Origin: the human T2T-CHM13v2.0 reference genome, Homo sapiens
Strand: one strand, 5' to 3'
Length of the DNA: 64,000 nucleotides
NCBI RefSeq assembly: GCF_009914755.1
Contig: NC_060926.1
The position numbers were made by a program, and so were the translations under genes. Under the pieces are notes generated by a model. The model made no database searches, was not told where the DNA came from, and worked only from the letters and a program-made list of their open reading frames with translations. This document shows, in pieces, positions 55,746-64,000 of the stretch (position 1 is the stretch's first letter; each line of letters starts with the position of its first letter).

Positions 55746-57464
55746 CTGTATCTCCTTGAAAGCATCTCAAGCATGCAGCATCTCCTTTCTTGAAAAATTA
55801 CAAACATATCTCACCACATCCAGCTCTAGACAGTTTTGATGCCATTGTCCTTGGAAGCTTAATTACATGATTACTCGAGATCTCTTATAGACTTTGACAT
55901 TACCAATATCAACTGCACTCCTCAGCCCAACCCAGCCCTCATTATCTCAAGCCAGGGAGCACAGTTTAATTCTGCAAAATCAATAGGACACATGGTTGGG
56001 CAGAAAAAATGGGGTATACGAAAGCACTTTGTAAACTGCAAAGGTATATAAAATATTATTAAACTCATCCTAAGACATAAGTCAGGAGTATGAGACTCTA
56101 AAATGTTAGTTAAATTAATATGACCAGCAAGGCCACACATCTGGTAAGGTCAAAACCACTAACTTCTCAGCCAATGATGTTTGGGGAAAATATGAGACTG
56201 CTTCTTTCTGCCTGAGAGCTCTAATCACACAGTATGTTTATTGTCTACATGGTACTCACCCAATTAGAAAAAAAGTGAAAAATTCAGCTGATTTTGCCAG
56301 GTTTTGTGGGCTTGACACAATGCCAAGTAGCAGTAGCCAGTCTCATCAATTTTCTCAACTGATTTGACATGTTATTTTGGTATATGAGTTGACAGAGCTG
56401 GAGGCAGAAAATTCTAGGGGAAGTACCAACTCTAAACAATTAGGACAATGTCAGTATGTGGAAAGTAAGTAGGGTGGGAGTGAACAGTAAAGATTTTTCA
56501 AAGTTCTTAGTGAAGTTTGCTTAGACATCAGCTATAATGCCAATATAATAGACATTTTATCAGCTTAAAAATCAAGATGAAAAACTGAGATTGCAATAGG
56601 AAATACTTTGTCTAGAAATGGCAACAAGCCAAAAGGGTGCGAGTATAGAGAGGGGAGATCACAAAAATAGGAGGAAAAGAAAATGAGGGGTATGATTCTG
56701 TACTCCCCTAATTGGCAGTTGGTCCCAAACCACTTTACTGTGGTGACCTGAGAAGTCTTTCCACATTAGTCACACCAAAACACAGAAAGACCAGAGTTTC
56801 CTGATCTGCCTTCAGCACTAACAGTACCATCAATTGCAGCAAAAGAATCACACACCTTCACTTCAAATCATGGCAGGCAAAATTCCATTTGCTTTACCTT
56901 TCAAAAGAGCACAAAGGCAGTGTAACTCATTCAGAGCTCATGGTAAAGAAAACTGCCCCATTAGACAAGCTCGCAGAGCCTTGCAATCTAAGCCAAATAA
57001 AAAGGCAGCAGTCATTCAGGCGGGGCTGGTGAGTGGGTAAATCAAGTGGTGACAAAGAAACAAGCAATTTTGACCCATGTCTTTTTGTGCAGCAAAAGGC
57101 TGAGTATCCTGCTAGCAGCTAGCAAATAATAAGTAGCAAGAGTTGAAGGCAAATTTTGATGCTCTTTTTTTCATTCTAAGCTGATTTAGAGGCTGAGAAA
57201 GTAGCAGAGAATGTAAACGTTTTGGGGTAAAATTCAGTGGCCATATTATAGGGATATATTGACAGTTAAGACCTAATAACATAAGGGGGGAAAGGTATTT
57301 CCATCTGAGAGTACTGAAACCACCAGCATTTCTACCCTCAAATAACATTGCTGTGCATTTCTTCCATGCCATTCTTACAAGAGACAAGAAACGATGTGTC
57401 TTCCCATTGTACAGAACTGAAAATGAAGTTATGGAGTGTTTTCTTTCTCCCCTGGGATCACAGT

Positions 57465-58188
57465 AGTATACCATGCTGGTGCTTCATCCAGATGTTCGTG
57501 TATCTCCTTCTACAGATTCCCCATTCACCACTCTCCCTTCCCCAACCCAGACTGTATGTGGATATAAGAAAGTCCATGATATGGTTTGCCTGTGTCCCCA
57601 CTCAAATCTCATCTTGAATGGTAGCTCGCATAATTCCCATGAGTTATGGGAGGGACCTGATGGGACACAATTGAATCATGTGGGTGGTATCCCCCATATT
57701 GTTCTCATGGTAGTCAATAAGTCTCACAAGATCTGATGGTTTTATAGGGGGAAACCCCCTTTGCCTGGCTCTCGTTCTTACTTGTCTGCCTCCATGTAAG
57801 ACAAGCCTCACCTTCCGCCATGATTGTGAGGCCTCCCCAGCCATGCGGAACTGTGAGTCCATTAAACCTCTTTTTCTTTACAAATCACCCAGTCTTGGGT
57901 ATGTCTTTATCGGCAGTGTGAAAATGGACTAATATAGTCCAACTCACTTGCCTTGAGTTGAGACATCACCGAGGCACAACTTCCATTCCATAGCTCCCCT
58001 GTAGATCATGCTGCAGCATGACAAATGAGGGGGTTTTGCCTGAGATCATTCCATAACTCAGCTTCTTCCCTTCCCCATCCTGCTTCCTGCACTTCCTTAG
58101 CAATGTTCCCAGGGAGCACTTCTTTTAATAAGTCCCTTGTATACTAATTCTCACTTCAGGGTCTGCTTCTGGGGAACCAACCTAGACA
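57465..58188 (+). mobile_element. LTR16-family (ERVL) LTR split by a THE1 solo LTR
   Basis: 3' part cttcccttccccatcctgcttcc...ttaataagtcccttgtatactaattctcacttcagggtctgcttctggggaaccaacctagaca; 5' boundary approximate. Confidence 0.7.
57577..57936 (+). mobile_element. THE1 (B/C-type) solo LTR
   Basis: TGATATGGTTTG...GGACTAATATA; 5-bp TSD gtcca at 57572-57576 and 57937-57941. Confidence 0.93.
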
Positions 58189-58218
58189 ATCAAAATAGCA
58201 AATTTTATCAAAGTTATC

Positions 58219-58616
58219 TGTATCACTCAGGTTAGGCTAAATTACATTATGAAAATATACAAACCTCAAAAATTGCAGTGGTTGGACATAATAGAGAACT
58301 ACCTCTTGCTCATACTACCCGGCCATTGAAAGTAGAGAGGGGCTCTCTGCTAACATTAGTCACTTAGAGACCCAGGCTGACCGAGTCACCATTTTGAACA
58401 CTGCTAGTCACCATGAAAAAAATAGAGATTGGAATGCTCGTGTCAGCAATAAGTGTTCACTCAGAACTGACATATACCACTTCTGCTCACAACTCCCTAG
58501 CCAGAGCTAATTTTGTGGCCCCATCCAACTAGAAGAGAGTTTGTCCTGCTAAGTATAAGTAAGTGTAATATCACCTTAAGCCAGAATAAGGAAGAACTTC
58601 ACTAATGGCTACTGCA
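58219..58616 (-). mobile_element. Old MLT1 (K/L-like) LTR
   Basis: tcaggttaggcta...gagacccaggctgac...cacttctgctcacaactccctagccagagctaa..tgtggcccca. Confidence 0.65.
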
Positions 58617-59039
58617 GCAAATCAGAGCTTAGACCCCTAATCTGTTACCTCCTTGTGAAACATGCTTTGGTTTTCATGAATATCAATTTAGCTCCAAAAT
58701 CTATTTACTTTCTACTAGAGATTACATGGTTGGTTGGAGAAACCAGGAGCTGAAAAATGTCACTGTTATTCCAGCTTAATATGGAGCTCTTAGGTAATCC
58801 ATGGTCAATGCTACAGTTCCTCCATATGCAAAATGAACTGACAGCATTACTTTATGTGTTCTTTCACTTTGGTCAAGATAAAATAACTGGTACAGAGCTA
58901 TGTGTCCTAGTGCAAACATTTTTGAAACTAAAAAATATTCATATTAAATAACTGTTTTCAAACACTGGACAGCAGGCAGTAAAGGACTGTAATCCCTGAT
59001 CCCACTGTGAACACAGACATCCCCCTCAACTTTTGATAG

Positions 59040-59140
59040 AGAGGTATTATGAACTAGAAGTTGTCCTCTGTTGTTTTAAACCACTGATATTTTGAGAGTT
59101 GTATGTTTCACAGTATAACTTAGCCTATCCGGAATTATAC
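59040..59140 (+). mobile_element. MLT1 3' fragment
   Basis: tgttgttttaaaccactgatattttgagagttgt...cagtataacttagcctatcc...ataca. Confidence 0.5.
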
Positions 59141-59179
59141 AGATAATTTTCTGTAGGGAAACAGATAAGGTAAGGCATG

Positions 59180-60920
59180 GAATTGACCTCATTTTCTATC
59201 TGGAGGCACTTGTTGGAGAGTGACATCACAAAAGAAGGCCAAAACATGGTCTTGCTGAGGCCAGGGAAGAGATATTGGGATTTGGAGCTACTGAGGTGCC
59301 TGGAATTTGTAGGATATGGCACCAGAAAGAAGGGAGCAGTGCAAACAATGAGATCTACATATGTGCATAGGTATTCCCTTGAGTCTTTGGCTGAATACTG
59401 TGCTGCACATGTGCAGTATAAGACTTCACAGAGCCAGGAAAATATCTACTAGAGAAAGAAAAATTACCAAAGATAATTGCTCCCATAACTGCAAGATACT
59501 GTACCCCAATCTACTGGAGATGGCACAAGACTGTGGAGAATCCTCGATAAATTCATAGAAGCCCCAGAAAGTCCATGCTTAGGAGTAGACCTAAACTAGC
59601 CCTAGGTTAAAGACTACTTTAGATCATCTCTTTAAAAGCTTAAAAGCAAGCTTCAAAAGGACTAAACTGATTCACAAGTAAATTGCCTGCCAGAACAAAA
59701 TTCAACTATTTATTAAGGAAGACAATACAACCAAGGCAGTCAATAATGTAACACCAATAATGTCTAGCATACAATCAAAAATTACCAGATAGGCAAAGAA
59801 GAAAGAAAATGTGACTCATTTCCAGAAGAAAAGCCAGTCAATAGAAACAAATCAGAACTGATAGAGAAGAATTGATTAGCATTCATTTAAATGACTTTAA
59901 AATAGGTATTGTAAGTTGTTCATATATTTAAGGGAAAATATGAATTTAATAAAGAAACAAAGAAACAATTACAATGGAGAAATGGTAAGCAAAAAAATTT
60001 TAAAAAGAATCCATCTGCAATTCTAGAACAGAGAAATACAATATCTAAAATGAAAAGTTCACTGGATGGGCTTAACAACAGAGGACACTGCAGAAGAAAA
60101 GATTAGTGAACTTGAAGAGCAGTCATAGGAACTATCAAAACTAAAGAGTAGAAAAATGTTAAAAAGGAAAAAAAGGAGCAGAGCCACAGTGATCTATGGA
60201 AAAATATTAAGCAGTGTAGCATACATGTAATTGGCCTAAATAAAAGTGAGACAAAAAGTTGGGTCAGAAAAATTATTTTTGAAAATAGTGTTGATTATTT
60301 TCCCCAAATTTGATGAAAAATACAAATCTACAGATCTAAGAAGCTCAATGAAACCCACGCATGATAAATACAATGATGGCTCTACCAGGGCACATCATAA
60401 TCAAATTGTTAAAAACTAATGATAGAAAGATAAAAGATTTGTATAAAAATGTTTATAGCAACTCTATTCATAATAGCTACAAACTGGAAATAATCCAGAT
60501 GTCCATCAACAGGAGAATGCACAAACTAATGGAATAACCATACAATAGAATACTATAAATAAAAAGGAACAAACCACTGATCGAGTCAACAATGTGTATG
60601 TATCTTTCAGATATTATGATAAGTGGAAGAAGCCAGACATGCAAAAGTACATCTGTGCCATTTCACATATATGAAGTTCTAGAACAGACAAAAGGAACCT
60701 GTGGGTGAAAAATGAATAACAGTGTTTGCCTCTGTAGAGGAGATTACTGGCAAGGGGCATGAGGAACCTTTCTGTGATGATAGAAATATTATATATCTCA
60801 ATAGGGAAGAGGGTTATGCAGGTGCATGCAGTTGTCAAAACTCATCCTACTGGACACAAAAGATAAGTGTTTTCATGGTATATAAATTATTTAAATTATT
60901 TTTGAATAAAAATGTTTAAA
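59180..60920 (+). mobile_element. Old L1M: 5'/ORF1-like region joined to an L1ME-type 3' end
   Basis: aaaagttcactggatgggcttaacaacag...gaagaaaagattagtgaacttgaaga...cccaaatttgatgaaaaa (ORF1-like), then aatgtttatagcaactctattcataatagc...atgtccatcaacagg (3' end). Confidence 0.7.
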
Positions 60921-61829
60921 AGTTATTTAAAAGGCACAACCCAACAGCTTATGTATAATATACTTTAATGTTTTAAGTAGATACTGGCATCACTTTTACC
61001 ACCCAAAATGACTTCCCTATATGCTTTCTGATGCCTAAAGTTACACTGATAATTATTTATATATTCTGAAGTTCTAGGCCTGGTAGTCTGCAAAGGGCTC
61101 TTAAATTGGTCCCATTGAAAACCATTTCCACCTTAGTGCAAATTAGTTTATCTGTTTCTTTTCTAAGAATGTGTTTTTGAGGAGATGGCTGGGTCAAATT
61201 CCATGGGGGTCACAGGAGATAGATTTTCTTGCGTGTTCTAATCTCCCTTCAATAAACAAATATTATTTATATAATAAGAAAGATGAGTAAGTTTTTTTAA
61301 GTACCTAGAGATGCCGGATGACTGGCAGAGGGGAGGACCCAGTGAGAGAGAAAACTGGTAGAAGAATGAGTGGCTGAGAATTCCAGGAAACAAATCTCAT
61401 CATCTTCAAGATTTCACATAACTGCCTTCCAATTCAGACCAGCAAAGCATTAGGATAATTGCGGCAATTTTCTACACAGGGAGACATGGCAAGGTATCTT
61501 TATGGAAATTTCAGAGTCAGGATGAATACATTAAGTGATCACAACACAAGCTTTTTGTTCATGACAAAATGGTTGTCTCGCCATTCCCAGCCCTTGGCAC
61601 ATTCTCTCTTGCTTCCCTCCTTTGTTTGTGTCCCTTCTTCTGCGTTCTCTGGAATGACCTTTTCTTTATCTCTGCCAATAGAAAATTCTCTTATCCTTAA
61701 ATGGTCCAGGGTCATTCCCCACAAAGCCTTTGCTGAGTGCTCCCTTCTCTGGATTTCTGTGGCTCTTGGTGTCTCTTCTGTGAGATATATTATGACTTGG
61801 TGTTGTGTCGCTCTGTAATAATGATAATG

Positions 61830-62070
61830 ATATAATAATAATTGTGAGTTTACTACACACTACTCATAGTGCTGAGCACTTTACACACATCAGCTCATTT
61901 AATCCTTACAGTCATGCTCCAAGGTAGGCAGCATTAACACAATTCATAGAGGAGGAAACTCAGGTTTAGAGAAGCCAAATTATTTGCTCAAGACAAAGCT
62001 AGTCTACTTAGCAAATCTGAGATTACAGTGCAAAGCTGTCTAAATCTATAGCTTTTATTCTTAACTGCTA
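61830..62070 (-). mobile_element. MIR
   Basis: gtgctgagcactttacacacatcagctcatttaatccttacag...gaggaggaaactcaggtttagaga. Confidence 0.7.
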
Positions 62071-62699
62071 CGTTATACCGCCTCCTTGACATATATGTCT
62101 CATATATCCTAAAACAAACAAAAACAAACCCAGAAATCTATCTCTTTCTTTTAAGTCACTTACTATGTGACAGGCAGAGTATTCAGTGTGCCTTGAGGGA
62201 AGGGGCAATATCTTGTACATCTTTGTATTGCCTCCTGCATTTAACGTGGTATCTGGCAAATAGGTACATGTCCTACAAATGCTTGGAGAGATAAAGAGAT
62301 AGATAATCCCACTGCAAGACTCTAGTTCTTTCCACAGTTCCAAAATGTGGATTCCTAGAACTTCAAGCAACTGAAATGAAAGAATAAATGGATAAAGACA
62401 AAGCTCAGTTCCCACTTCAGTCTAGTAACAGTTAGTAATTCAAACATATTCTCAATATTGTCTATAAATCATCTGGTTTTGCTTAGTTTCTTGAATTCCT
62501 TTCTGTTCTAAAATCTATGAATCTAATTCCTTTCCCTTTGCATCTCAGAAATCTTTCTATGTCTCTTTTCAAATGTGTTTTCTGTTGAAAGATTACAAAG
62601 AAAAACTATGGCTGCAGTATGGCTATATGAGATCTTGAATTCGGGAAAGAAAGAATTTCAGACTTTCACACATACTGTGTCACTAAAATTTGAAACATT

Positions 62700-62950
62700 A
62701 AGTTATTGCATCTATTAATAACTGAACATTTACATGGCACATTGTAGTATGCAAAATACTTCTATTGCATTATCTTATCTGACCTTCACACTTTGGAGTA
62801 GACAAGGCAATTTGGATTATCCCAATTTTACAGATTTAAGAAAACTGAGACTTGGTGAAGTGATTTGCTATTAAATAAAGTCAAGATTTCAATCTAAGTC
62901 TTTTAGATACGGCTACTGTTATCTTTTCACCCTCACTATACTGTCTTAAC
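62700..62950 (-). mobile_element. MIR
   Basis: ttatcccaattttacaga...gaaaactgagacttggtgaagtgatttgc. Confidence 0.6.
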
Positions 62951-63547
62951 TCAATGGCCATCAAACACTGCAGTCACCGCTCCAAGTATTACTCTAAGAA
63001 TCATTTTGTTAGCCTTGTGTTAGGGGATAGGATTAACTCTTCTCCCTTTGAATAAATCATATTCGGCCAGATTTTTCTGAATGTGGTTTCTATCAGTTAT
63101 AGTAACAGAAGATTTTACCTTAAAAGGTCTTAAAAAGCCAAACTCCCACTACCCTAACATTACCCCCATCATTTAAAAAAAAGACAAAATAATGCCTAGA
63201 GATATTAAGCAATTTTTTCCAAGATAACATAGTGAACAGAATCAAGTCTTGAACATATCCAACATGCAAGTGTTTTATAAAGCTCTATCATCAGCTAATT
63301 CTAGAAGAGATACTTCCGGTCAAGACACTGGCTTGTGTTCAGAAAGAAACTTAAAGCTAATCTAATCCAAGTTTCCTTAATGCAGCAACTGCTTCTATTG
63401 CATTCATGGCAGGTGCTCTTCCATTTGCACCTTTATCATATGAATACAGTCTTATCAGTTTGTATGTTAGAGAAGGATAATAACCAGTACTGCCATTACA
63501 GTTGAACATCTTGATGTCTTCCACCAAATTTTGCTCAGTGTTCTTGG

Positions 63548-63563
63548 GAGCCCTCTATTGGCC
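63548..63563 (-). promoter_or_regulatory. Candidate CTCF site
   Basis: Minus strand reads GGCCAATAGAGGGCTC, similar to the core GGCCACCAGAGGGCGC; motif only. Confidence 0.4.
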
Positions 63564-64000
63564 TTCTGGGTAATAGCAGGCAGCCTCTGCTGGGGGCTGC
63601 GCTCCGTGAGTCCTGGGGAGTTACAATGAACAAGAGCCTTAGTGCTGTCTGAAACACAAAGGGGAGTGAAGAAATCTGTTTGCCAAATTGAAACGGGCAG
63701 AATTGACAATGAAATAAACTTCCATTTCTTCATCTTCCAAAAATACCCATCGAAACTAGTTTATCCAAAAACAAAACTCTCTGTTCTGAATCAAGGCCTT
63801 ATCTGACCCTTCTTCATGGAAAACTTAGCCAATAACTGTTCCTTGACCCTTATGCCTTTGACCTACCTCATCCTCCACTCTTACCCCAGCCATGGTACAC
63901 AGTGTAATGACGTATAGGCTATGCAGGTCCCTCCTGAAAACTAACGTTCCCTTCTCCTTTCCTTCCTCCATCCTCCTCTTCACTCCTCTTTTCTACCTTC

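Overview
Primate (most likely human) non-coding genomic DNA, intergenic or deep intronic. I could not recognise a protein-coding exon, an intact RNA gene or the locus. The longer ORFs in the track come from transposon remnants (Alu, L1, Tigger1, THE1 internal) or simple repeats. Much of the window is interspersed repeat: eight Alus, three truncated L1PA 3' ends with TSDs, older L1M/L2/MIR fragments, a near-full-length Tigger1, a complete THE1B-type MaLR provirus, several solo LTRs and MER5/MER63 DNA elements. The most unusual object is an 864-nt T-free compound triplet repeat (52435-53298) grown from an AluJ tail. It has hierarchical 3/15/87-bp periodicity and is open in all three forward frames (Arg-Ser, Gly-Ala, Glu-Gln). 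Several unique-sequence patches look like candidate regulatory elements. I found no convincing evidence of a new multi-gene system. Subfamily names are from remembered consensus sequences and need RepeatMasker/Dfam confirmation.
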